64,000 nucleotides of DNA from Bacilli bacterium (GTDB lineage: Bacteria; Bacillota_I; Bacilli_A; RF39; UBA660): positions 59,705-123,704 of the forward strand of contig JAFXXX010000019.1 of NCBI GenBank assembly GCA_017542065.1, in the 5' to 3' direction. How positions within the stretch are numbered: position 1 is the stretch's first letter; each line of letters begins with the position of its first letter. This document shows positions 11,051 through 20,364 of this stretch, piece by piece. The translations under genes and the position numbers were made by a program. The notes below the pieces were generated by a model that was given only the letters and a program-made list of their open reading frames with translations, was not told the origin of the DNA and did no database searches.

Positions 11051-11758
11051 ATGAGTGAATTTGAAAGTAAAATAGAATATGAACTAAATGATCCATATGG
11101 ATTAACTATGAAAATGAAGGACGGAACTGTAATTAATAGAGGAGAAGAAACATGGTATGATGATGATTTATTATTTGACAGTTTACAGCTATTTAAATAT
11201 CTACCTAAAGTAGAATCTTATATGTATGATAATCTCCCAAATCCTGGTGATACACAAATAGAAAGTAAAGAAATAAGATCATTACTTAGCGTAATGCATA
11301 ATGAAGCATATGGTAGAAAAGTAAATAATAATGCAGGGTTAATAGAAAGTATAGTTCGTCAATATATGAAAACTATACCAGATGATCTTAGAAATAAACT
11401 TGATGTTAATAAAGCAAAAAATGAAGTTAAAGAATTTCCTAAAACACCATATGATACATTAGTAATATATGATGCATTAACATTTATTAAATACTTATCA
11501 AAATTAGAAGATTTCATGGATGAAAACATACTTAAAAAGAATGAAGAAACTGGTTTATATGATGTTACTGTAGGTGATGTTAATACAGAATATTATGCAA
11601 TAGCAACAATGCTTAATAGAATGACTAATAAAACATATGCTAATAAAGTATATTATTACGTAAATAGAATTAATAGTATTATTAAACCAGCTATTAATGA
11701 ATTTGTTAATTCAAATGAAGAACCTGGTTATCCAACAGGATCTGGACCTAAAATGTAA
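11051..11758 (+). CDS. hypothetical protein (ORFan) with a possible internal duplication
   Basis: AAGGAGG SD; two similar segments, FDSLQLFKYLPKVESYMYDN and YDALTFIKYLSKLEDFMDEN; terminator at about 11761-11788. Confidence 0.7.
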   Translation: MSEFESKIEYELNDPYGLTMKMKDGTVINRGEETWYDDDLLFDSLQLFKYLPKVESYMYDNLPNPGDTQIESKEIRSLLSVMHNEAYGRKVNNNAGLIESIVRQYMKTIPDDLRNKLDVNKAKNEVKEFPKTPYDTLVIYDALTFIKYLSKLEDFMDENILKKNEETGLYDVTVGDVNTEYYAIATMLNRMTNKTYANKVYYYVNRINSIIKPAINEFVNSNEEPGYPTGSGPKM

Positions 11759-11825
11759 TAAAAAGAAAACAAATTGTTTTCTTTTTTTAATGGATTTTTA
11801 TAAATAAACAGATAATAATAAATAT

Positions 11826-12509
11826 ATGAATAATATATTAGTAAAAGATATCCCCATTTTAGATAGGCCTAGAGAAAGATTACTTAAATATGGAGTAATT
11901 AATCTATCTAATGAAGAATTACTCTCTATAGTGCTTAAAAATGGCACTAAAAACGAATCTGTTATGTCTCTATCATATAATATTTTAAAAAGTATAAATA
12001 ATATATCTGACTTAAAAGATATATCTATAAATAAACTAACTAAAATAAATGGAATAGGGGAGGTAAAAGCTATTACTTTAATAGCAGCTATAGAACTAGG
12101 AAAAAGAGTATATCAATTAAAAGAAGATAAAAAAGTATTATTAAATGATTCTAAACTCATATATAACTTACTTCATGATGAATTATATGATAAGAAACAA
12201 GAATACTTTATAGTTTTATATTTAGATAATAAAAAATATCTTATAGAAAAGAAAGTATTATTCATAGGCACTATTGATTATTCTACTGTTCATCCAAGGG
12301 AAGTCTTTAAATATGCTTATATAAATTCTGCATCATCAATAATACTAGTTCATAATCATCCTTCAGGAGATGTATTACCCTCTAAGAATGATATTAACCT
12401 AACAAAAACTCTAAAAGAGATAGGAAAACTAAATAATATTCCAATAATAGATCATATTATTATAGGAAATAATAATTATTATAGTTTTTATTTAGAAGAC
12501 ATGCTATAA
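11826..12509 (+). CDS. radC: RadC family JAB-domain protein
   Basis: RPRERLLKYG, HhH GIGEVKA, VHPREVF and HNHPSGD...PS..D motifs. Confidence 0.95.
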   Translation: MNNILVKDIPILDRPRERLLKYGVINLSNEELLSIVLKNGTKNESVMSLSYNILKSINNISDLKDISINKLTKINGIGEVKAITLIAAIELGKRVYQLKEDKKVLLNDSKLIYNLLHDELYDKKQEYFIVLYLDNKKYLIEKKVLFIGTIDYSTVHPREVFKYAYINSASSIILVHNHPSGDVLPSKNDINLTKTLKEIGKLNNIPIIDHIIIGNNNYYSFYLEDML

Positions 12510-12533
12510 TGAAATAGTAGGGAGGTTACGGTT

Positions 12534-14031
12534 ATGATAGTCATAGACGGAAAAGAAGTAAGAATAAATAGGGCAAATGTTGCAATATCTGAAATAGATG
12601 AAGTTTATATTAACTTGTGTAAACTAATTCTAGATACTGGTGTTGAAACAGAAAATAGAACTGGTGTAAATACTAAAGCAATTGCTGGATGGACACATAC
12701 ATTTGATATTAGTACATATTTTCCAATTCCAGAGACAAAGCTTACAAACGCTTCATTTCTTTCACAAGAAATACAATGGATACATCAAGTACAATCAAAT
12801 AAAGTATCATGGTTACAAGAAAAAGGAAATAGTATTTGGAATGAATGGGTTGTTGACTCTGATGGTATTTGGAGAGAATACATGCCTGTACAAAAAGATA
12901 AATACGGGAATAAAATAAATGGAAATATAGAAATAGAAGTTCCATTAATGAGACAAGTATTAAATCATAAAGATGTAGCACAAAAAGGTGAATATCAAAA
13001 GAATCTATAAACGTGATGAATTTGGTAAAACAATAAGTGTTAGACCGGATAAAGAATCACTTGAAAACTTTGTTAAAAAGCATAAAGTTCTTCCAACAAT
13101 AAAAAGAGCGACATATTTTGGTGAAAAATATGCAGGTTCTATAGGAGAGCAATACGGTTTTATTAATGCTTTATATCAACAACCACAAATTGTTGAATAC
13201 ATGTTAAAAAATAATCCAACAGATAGAAGAATGCAAATAAATTTATGGCAAAGAGCACACTTTGCAAAAGCAGTTCTTCCAAGTTGTGTTTTTGATATTT
13301 TATTCACTGTAATTGATGGTACTTTACATGCAACAGTAATTCAAAGAAGTGCAGATGTTCCTGCAGGACTACCATTTAATATTGCTCAATATGCATTACT
13401 TGTAAACATGTTTGCAAAAGTTGCTGGTCTTAAAGTTGGAACATTAACATGGACTATAATGAACGCACATATTTATGTTGATCAAGAAGAACCAATTAGA
13501 CAACAAATAAGAAGATATGAATATATGAAAGAATATGAAAAACTAATTCTTACATCAACAGATGAAACTGTAGAAAGAAAATATAATAATGTTAAAGATA
13601 AATTTGAATTACTTAATAAAAAGGTATTTGCTGGTTTATCATATTTATATTCATCATCAGAACAATTTAAAAATAAAATTGGCGAATATACAAAGAATGC
13701 TGATGTTTTAACAACTGAAATATTTGATAAAATACCTATGTCAAAAAGATATACAATTTTAGACATAGCCTTAAAAGAATATAATTTAAGTTTAATGGAA
13801 AACTCTAAAGACTATGAAGAAGCATTTGAAAGAAAGATTAGCTTTGAACATATGCTTACAAGAGGTAATCCAAAAATTGAATTAGAAGATCATAAGAGTA
13901 TCTTTGATTATTCAACTGAATATGCTCCAAAAGGAGATGCATATTATGAGCAAAATCAAACAGGAAATAAGGAATTATTATTAAAGGATTATCATCCAAC
14001 TCCATTTATTGCTGTACCAGTTGCACAATAA
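12534..14031 (+). CDS. thyA: thymidylate synthase ThyA split over two frames (12534-13010 and 12988-14031, +1 shift) with two large insertions; frameshifted, split or pseudogene status unresolved
   Basis: ORF1 has ENRTGVNT, FP..TK, E..W and IWNEW. ORF2 has GEQYG, NPTDRR, LPSC (catalytic Cys), QRSAD, GLPFN, HIY and the C-terminal PVAQ. Confidence 0.88.
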
Positions 14032-14075
14032 TGAATAAAATAGTATAATACTATGCAGTTTTGGTGGTGAAAAAG

Positions 14076-15182
14076 ATGAAAAAGGTTATAGTTGGTATAT
14101 CTGGTGGTGTAGACTCAATAGTAGCAGCATATTTACTTCAAAAAGAAGGATATGATGTAGAAGGTCTATTTATGAGAAACTGGGATTCATCCGTTAATAA
14201 TGATATTAAAGGTAATCCAAGTTTAAATGGTGATATATGTACTCAAGAGAAGGATTTTAATGATGCTCAGGACGTATGTAATAAACTAGGTATTAAACTT
14301 CATAGAATAGACTTTGTAAAAGAATATTGGGACTATGTATTTACTTACTTTTTAGATGAACTAAAAAAAGGTAGAACACCTAATCCAGATATTATGTGTA
14401 ACAAATATATTAAATTTGATATGTTTAAAAAAGAAGCTGATAAACTAGGAGCAGATTATATTGCTACTGGTCACTATGCTAGAATGATTGATGGTCATTT
14501 ATATAAAGGTATAGATGATAATAAAGATCAATCATACTTTCTATCTCAAGTTTCTATTGATAAATTCTCTAACGTATTATTTCCAGTTGGAGACTTAAGA
14601 AAAGAAGAAGTTAGAAAGATAGCAGAAGAACTAGAATTATCAGTAGCTGATAAAAAAGATTCTACTGGTATATGTTTTATTGGTGAAAGAAACTTTAAAG
14701 AATTCTTAACTAACTATTTACCTAATACACCAGGAAATATTATAGATATAGATACTAATAAAAAAGTAGGGGAGCATATAGGCCTTATGTATTACACTAT
14801 TGGTCAAAGAAGAGGACTAGATATTGGTGGTAATGATAAGAGATTATATGTTGTAGGTAAAAACCTAGATAAAAACGAATTATATGTATCTTTAGGAGAT
14901 GATACTAAATATCTTCAATCTACTTCATGTATAGTAGAAGATATAAATTATCTATCCGAAAAGAGACCTAAATCTGCAAACGCTAAGTTTAGATATAGAC
15001 AAAAAGATATACCTGTTACAATTGAGTACCTAGAAGATGGTAACATAGAAGTTTTTTATGACAATGTTAAATCCGTAACTCCAGGGCAAGCTTGTGTTAT
15101 CTATGATGGTGATGAAGTTGTAATTGGTGGTATTATAAAAGAAGTCAGAAAAGACGGAAAGAAATTAGAATACTTATTATAG
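14076..15182 (+). CDS. mnmA: tRNA 2-thiouridine(34) synthase
   Basis: SGGVDS, TPNPDIMCN, ATGHYAR, KDQSYFL, DSTGICFIGER and PGQ motifs; own promoter TTGCAC-17-TATAAT (14021-14049). Confidence 0.97.
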   Translation: MKKVIVGISGGVDSIVAAYLLQKEGYDVEGLFMRNWDSSVNNDIKGNPSLNGDICTQEKDFNDAQDVCNKLGIKLHRIDFVKEYWDYVFTYFLDELKKGRTPNPDIMCNKYIKFDMFKKEADKLGADYIATGHYARMIDGHLYKGIDDNKDQSYFLSQVSIDKFSNVLFPVGDLRKEEVRKIAEELELSVADKKDSTGICFIGERNFKEFLTNYLPNTPGNIIDIDTNKKVGEHIGLMYYTIGQRRGLDIGGNDKRLYVVGKNLDKNELYVSLGDDTKYLQSTSCIVEDINYLSEKRPKSANAKFRYRQKDIPVTIEYLEDGNIEVFYDNVKSVTPGQACVIYDGDEVVIGGIIKEVRKDGKKLEYLL

Positions 15183-15218
15183 TATTCTTTTTTATGCTAT
15201 AATTATATTGGTGATAAT

Positions 15219-15737
15219 ATGATAAAATTAGTACCTTTTAAAGATAAAGAAGAAAATTATGAATTAATGCATAGATGGTGTTCTCAAGAGTTTATTTATG
15301 AATGGTTTGAACAAAGAATACTTTCTTTAGATGAAATTAGGCATAAATATAAGACTAAATTAAACTTAATGGAACAAAATCTATTCTTTATACATTATAA
15401 CGGTGAAAGAATAGGGTATGTACAAATATATAAGTATAAGAATGAAATGTATGGAGATCTATCTAATTATAAAAACATATATGAATTAGATTTATTTATA
15501 GGAGAGGAAAAATACCTTTCTAAAGGAATAGGAACCGTTATTTTAAATTTTATTACTGATTATATATATGATGCTTATTCTGCTGATTGTATCGTTTTAA
15601 GGCCATTTAAACGTAATATTAGAGCAATTAAATGTTATCAAAAGTGTAACTATAATATAATAGATGAATATGATGGAGTAGACTCTTTAGGAAGACCTGA
15701 AAGATATACTGTTTTAAGGAATACTAAGAACATTTAA
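15219..15737 (+). CDS. GNAT N-acetyltransferase, AAC(6')-Ie-like
   Basis: IGYVQIYK, DLFIGEEKYLSKGIGT and P...N.RAIKCYQK motifs. Confidence 0.8.
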   Translation: MIKLVPFKDKEENYELMHRWCSQEFIYEWFEQRILSLDEIRHKYKTKLNLMEQNLFFIHYNGERIGYVQIYKYKNEMYGDLSNYKNIYELDLFIGEEKYLSKGIGTVILNFITDYIYDAYSADCIVLRPFKRNIRAIKCYQKCNYNIIDEYDGVDSLGRPERYTVLRNTKNI

Positions 15738-15751
15738 TATGTTCTTTTTTA

Positions 15752-15791
15752 TTTACTTTTACTTGACATTTACACTTTACTAACATATAAT
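15752..15791 (+). promoter_or_regulatory. consensus sigma-A promoter overlaid with TTTAC direct repeats
   Basis: TTGACA (15763-68), 17-bp spacer, TATAAT (15786-91); TTTAC at 15752, 15758, 15769 and 15776. Confidence 0.75.
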
Positions 15792-15811
15792 TAAATTAAC
15801 AATAGGAGGGT

Positions 15812-16585
15812 ATGTTTATGAACAGACTTAATGAAATATTATCAGAGATAGGGGTAAGTAAAGTAAAGCTTGCTAAATACCTTGGTGTATCAAGACAAAT
15901 GGTATACAATTACTTAGAAATGGATAGTATAAGCGATTGGCCACTTGAGAAAAAAATGAAATTATTTAATTTATTAAATATTAAATCTCAAGATGAAATC
16001 GATTCTATAGAAGTAGATAGTGATTTTATTAAACATGCTAATAATTTAATTAATGATTCTACTTACTTCTCTACTTTACAAGAGAAGGGGAGGATATCAT
16101 TCAATGATCTTAACAATAATGATCAAAAACTATTAAATGATATTATTAGCCTACTTAAAGAAAAGATTGATGATGATGAAGTTAATGGTAGAAATATGCT
16201 TAGATATTTATATTATTTCTTAGAAGTTTCTGATAATAACGATACAATTAATTACTTATTAGCATACGTAGCTAAGACTACAGGATTTATTAATGCTAAT
16301 GAATATGTATTTAATGAAGATGAACAATTTGCATTTGAATCAATACTATATTCAGCTATGGTAATGTATCAATCTAAGAGTGCTTCTAGAAATAAGATAA
16401 TTGAAGTACATAAGAAATATGAAGATGAAATTAAAGAAAAACATGAGGAAGTATTATCTAGAACACAAGAATTAGTATCAGCTCAAGAACAAGCTTTAAA
16501 AGAACTTGGATATACAGAAATAACACAAGAAAATAGTACAGAAGTATATGAAAAGATGGCTGAAATTCAATCTAGAAATATATAG
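15812..16585 (+). CDS. XRE-type helix-turn-helix protein
   Basis: N-terminal SKVKLAKYLGVSRQMVYNYL HTH and a helical C-terminal region; AGGAGG SD. Confidence 0.8.
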   Translation: MFMNRLNEILSEIGVSKVKLAKYLGVSRQMVYNYLEMDSISDWPLEKKMKLFNLLNIKSQDEIDSIEVDSDFIKHANNLINDSTYFSTLQEKGRISFNDLNNNDQKLLNDIISLLKEKIDDDEVNGRNMLRYLYYFLEVSDNNDTINYLLAYVAKTTGFINANEYVFNEDEQFAFESILYSAMVMYQSKSASRNKIIEVHKKYEDEIKEKHEEVLSRTQELVSAQEQALKELGYTEITQENSTEVYEKMAEIQSRNI

Positions 16586-16591
16586 TATATA

Positions 16592-16619
16592 ATTTCATAT
16601 AATAATTATTATGTTAACT
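16592..16619 (+). other. dif chromosome dimer resolution site
   Basis: ATTTCATATAA-TAATTA-TTATGTTAACT (11-6-11), close to the Firmicutes dif ACTTCCTAkAA-TATATA-TTATGTAAACT; it lies at the switch from + to - gene orientation. Confidence 0.85.
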
Positions 16620-16650
16620 AATTAAAATCTACAAAATAAAAGACCTAGTA

Positions 16651-17148
16651 TTATAGGTCTTTTTTTCTTCCCCTAACCTTGTTGCTATTCATTAATAATA
16701 TAAGTCTCTTAATATCAAAATATGTTACAGTTACATCATTATTTAATGAATCTTTCTCTAGATCTGTTTTAATATCTTTAATAGATAAAGAACCAATAGT
16801 TTGTTTCTTATCATCATACTTTTCTATTACAGTAATAGGTAACTCTTTACCATTATCATGCATTTCTGTATCAAACATAGTAGCACCTTTATATGTTTCT
16901 ACTAAGAATCTTAATCTATTATCATCAAATGAAAATATATCAGTAATAAAACTTACATCATTTGGTCTTAATACATTATTATCATGATCTAATTTAGTAA
17001 TAGTACAAATATTACCATATTTATGTTTATAGTTTTTTATACCTCTGTGAGGCATTATAAAGAATCTATTTCTTTCTAATAAGAATCTATCATTATTAGC
17101 AGTAGTAATAGTTGCACGTTTTTTAAATTTAACAAAGTTGTTATTCAT
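16651..17148 (-). CDS. hypothetical protein (ORFan)
   Basis: ATG at 17148 follows a GGGGGA SD; own promoter upstream and a bidirectional terminator at about 16637-16665. Confidence 0.65.
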   Translation of the reverse strand: MNNNFVKFKKRATITTANNDRFLLERNRFFIMPHRGIKNYKHKYGNICTITKLDHDNNVLRPNDVSFITDIFSFDDNRLRFLVETYKGATMFDTEMHDNGKELPITVIEKYDDKKQTIGSLSIKDIKTDLEKDSLNNDVTVTYFDIKRLILLMNSNKVRGRKKDL

Positions 17149-17214
17149 AATAATCCCCCACCCTTTCAAATGAAGATATTATTATATAAAAAAAAGACTA
17201 ATTTGTCAAATAAA

Positions 17215-18732
17215 CTAGTCTTTATTTTTGTTATCATTATTAGATTTCTTTTTCTTTTTTCTCTTAACTTTATAAGATTGAAATTTACTTGTTTTACCAG
17301 TGTTGTTTATTATAAACTCTGATGCTGATAAAGTTGACACTGAATCTTTATTTGCAACCTCTAATAGGGCCTTAGTATAGTTTTCAGATTTAGTATGATG
17401 TTTATGAGTAATTAACTCTTTCCCCTTCTCTTCTGTTAATCTATATTGAAGAATTTTACCTGCATCTCTATCTAATGCTTGATATAGATCAAGAGGTAAT
17501 GCATATACAGCAGCATTTAAAGTAGGTCTACATGTTCCATCTTTAAATTCATCAAAGAACTTATCAAGTACAATATAATCATTATCTAATATAAATCCTA
17601 CATAACCAGCGTCACTATCATCTTGTTCATATATTCTACATACTATATGTTCACTAAATTCAGGATTATATGAATAAAACCTAATTTTACTAAATAATTG
17701 TGATAACGCTGTATTATTATCTTTTTCCTTTTTATGTTTTTTAGATGTTTTACTTTTATATTCCATAAAAGTACCAAAGTCTTCATCATCTAATTTCATA
17801 CTTCCAGGATTAAGAGTTTCAAGAACTGTTAATCTATTATTATCTTTATAATGAAGTAAAAAATCTAATCTATAAGGATTTTTTAATACTTCCTCTATTT
17901 CACTATTAAATGTTTTAAATTCAGGATCTAAATATTTATCTTCTACTAATAAACTTGAAACATATTCCATTTGTTTACCATTTTCATCTGGTTTAGTACA
18001 TCTTTCATAAAATTTATAAGGGTATTCTAGATATAAATATTCTCCTGTCTTTTTATATATTTGTAATGAATAATATGCAATATATTGAGCCAAATTACGC
18101 CATGAAATGTGAGGGTTTTCAACTTCATATGTACAACCTTTTCTTGTAATAAAGCCTTTACTAGAATATGTAGTTAGACTTTTTTTATTATATAAACTAG
18201 CAATATAATCAGTATAATAATGAGCTCTCCATATAAACGACATAATAGTTTTATATTTTTCACATAGTTTATATGTATAATCATTATCTATTGGACCGAT
18301 ATTATCTATTTTAGCTTTATATTTATTATATTGACCTATTAAAATGTTTCTTATTCTATTTAATTCAAATTTTATATTATCTTTATCATTAAATATAATA
18401 TTACTTTTTTCATTAATATCTAACACTTCAAATATAGCATTAAATATTGCATTAGGAGAATATCCAATAAAGAAACCATTTGTCTCATAATCAGGTAAAA
18501 TAGATAAATGTACTTTTCTTTTGAATTTCTCTTTTAGATCTGAGTCCTCAAATATTTTACAAATACGATTTTTACTATCATTAACATATCCTAAATAAGA
18601 TGCATCTTTTATAAAATAATTATAGTCACTTTCAAGTAAAGGTATTTCTATATCACAAGCACTAATTAGTTTAAGAGTTCTATCTTTATTCATGTCATGA
18701 TATCTAGGTTTATTAAATGACCAGTTACCCAT
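17215..18732 (-). CDS. hypothetical protein (ORFan) with a C-terminal GY.GF...IVLDKF...AVY...H domain
   Basis: 505-aa ORF with a GGGGTG SD and a Lys-rich tail. Confidence 0.75.
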   Translation of the reverse strand: MGNWSFNKPRYHDMNKDRTLKLISACDIEIPLLESDYNYFIKDASYLGYVNDSKNRICKIFEDSDLKEKFKRKVHLSILPDYETNGFFIGYSPNAIFNAIFEVLDINEKSNIIFNDKDNIKFELNRIRNILIGQYNKYKAKIDNIGPIDNDYTYKLCEKYKTIMSFIWRAHYYTDYIASLYNKKSLTTYSSKGFITRKGCTYEVENPHISWRNLAQYIAYYSLQIYKKTGEYLYLEYPYKFYERCTKPDENGKQMEYVSSLLVEDKYLDPEFKTFNSEIEEVLKNPYRLDFLLHYKDNNRLTVLETLNPGSMKLDDEDFGTFMEYKSKTSKKHKKEKDNNTALSQLFSKIRFYSYNPEFSEHIVCRIYEQDDSDAGYVGFILDNDYIVLDKFFDEFKDGTCRPTLNAAVYALPLDLYQALDRDAGKILQYRLTEEKGKELITHKHHTKSENYTKALLEVANKDSVSTLSASEFIINNTGKTSKFQSYKVKRKKKKKSNNDNKNKD

Positions 18733-18768
18733 AATAACACCCCTTTAATTGCATAATATTATACGTTT

Positions 18769-20361
18769 TTAGCTTAATTTGTCAAATATAATGGTAGTTC
18801 TATTAACTAGGTTTTCTAGTCTATTACTTGCAAGTTCTTTAGTAGTATCACATACAAAATAATAAACTTTTATTTTATTTTCAGTACCTGATGGTCTTAC
18901 CATAAAGTATTCATTATCATTAATAATAAATTTTAATGCATTAGTTTGATTTTCTTTTTCTTTTAAATAATCTATTTTCTTTTCATAATCAAATAGTTTT
19001 TCAGTAGCTAGTTTAACCATAAATCTACCCTTATCTTTAGGCAAAACATCTATAGTTTTAAACGCATGGTATCCATATTTAGTAAATATTTCATTAATAT
19101 AATCACCTAAAGTCATATTGTTCTTCTTTAAGTAACATAGTATTTCTAATAACATATTAATAGAAGAAAAAGCATTCTTATCATTAACAGCTATATTAAA
19201 CATATAACCAAGTGATTCTTCAAATCCAAAGAAATATTCTGGATCATCTATTTTTTCTTTAGCTATGTTTTTACAACCTGTTAAGACTTCTAATACTCTA
19301 ATATGATGTTCCTGACATATTTTATCTACTAAATTAGTCGTAACAATACTTCTTACAACATGTTTTTTAAAATAATCACTATTATTAATTAAATAATATA
19401 AGAATATTACTCCAATCATATTGCCATTTAAAGGTATATAATCATTATCTTCTTTATATAGTATACCTACTCTATCAGAATCTGGATCTGTTGCTATTAT
19501 TACATCACTATTATTCTTTTTAGCATATTCTATAGGTAATTTAAAATTATCTAGTATTTCAGGATTAGGTTTAGGAGCATAAGTAAACATAGAGTCTATT
19601 ACACATTGTTCCCCTACTAGATTATATTTAATATTATATTTTTCTAATATATTAGGAACTACATTTATACCAGTTCCATGTAAAGAAGTATAAGTAATTC
19701 TTAAATCTTTACCATATTCATTTAATAATTCTTTATTAATAAATACTCTTTCATTTTCTTTATCAAACTCTTCATAAATAATATCATCTATAACACTAAA
19801 TTTATCGTTATTTAGAGGGGCTTTTTTGACACTTTTATAGTCAGTTATATCATTTATATATGGAGTTAAATCTGCTGTCTCTTCAGTGCTTAATTGGCCT
19901 CCAAAAAGATTATATATTTTAAGACCATTATATATATATTCATTATGTGAAGAAGTAATAACTATTCCGCCTTCTAAACCTAAATGATTAACAGCATAAG
20001 ATACTAAAGGAGTACTAGCTATATCATTAAACAAATATGTTCTAATACCATATGCATTAAGAACTAACGCACATTCCATAGCAAACTTATATGAATTATT
20101 TCTAGTATCATAACCAATAACTACTGCAGCATTATGATTCATATTATTTAGATATTCAGCATAACCCTTCATAATCATTCCAATATTATAGATATTTAGT
20201 CTATTTGTTCCAAGACCCATAATACCTCTAATACCTGCAGTACCAAAAGATAAAGTATCACTAAAAGAATCTCTTTTTTCTTCTTCAGACATATTTAGCA
20301 TTATTTCTTTATCTTCAGGTGAAACAAATTCTAACCATTTCTCATAATTTTCTTTATACAT
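18769..20361 (-). CDS. phosphoglucomutase/phosphomannomutase
   Basis: FGTAGIRG, ITSSHN (phosphoserine loop), DPDSDR (metal loop), FEES and RPSGTE motifs. Confidence 0.93.
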   Translation of the reverse strand: MYKENYEKWLEFVSPEDKEIMLNMSEEEKRDSFSDTLSFGTAGIRGIMGLGTNRLNIYNIGMIMKGYAEYLNNMNHNAAVVIGYDTRNNSYKFAMECALVLNAYGIRTYLFNDIASTPLVSYAVNHLGLEGGIVITSSHNEYIYNGLKIYNLFGGQLSTEETADLTPYINDITDYKSVKKAPLNNDKFSVIDDIIYEEFDKENERVFINKELLNEYGKDLRITYTSLHGTGINVVPNILEKYNIKYNLVGEQCVIDSMFTYAPKPNPEILDNFKLPIEYAKKNNSDVIIATDPDSDRVGILYKEDNDYIPLNGNMIGVIFLYYLINNSDYFKKHVVRSIVTTNLVDKICQEHHIRVLEVLTGCKNIAKEKIDDPEYFFGFEESLGYMFNIAVNDKNAFSSINMLLEILCYLKKNNMTLGDYINEIFTKYGYHAFKTIDVLPKDKGRFMVKLATEKLFDYEKKIDYLKEKENQTNALKFIINDNEYFMVRPSGTENKIKVYYFVCDTTKELASNRLENLVNRTTIIFDKLS

Positions 20362-20364
20362 AAT

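Noticed and set aside
12860-13870. Intein or self-splicing intron in thyA
   Set aside because: No Cys/Ser...His-Asn splice ends, no LAGLIDADG/HNH/GIY-YIG motifs, and no non-coding structured gap between the two ORFs.
15219-18732. Integrative element exploiting Xer at dif (IMEX)
   Set aside because: Only one complete dif was found, with no replication or phage genes.
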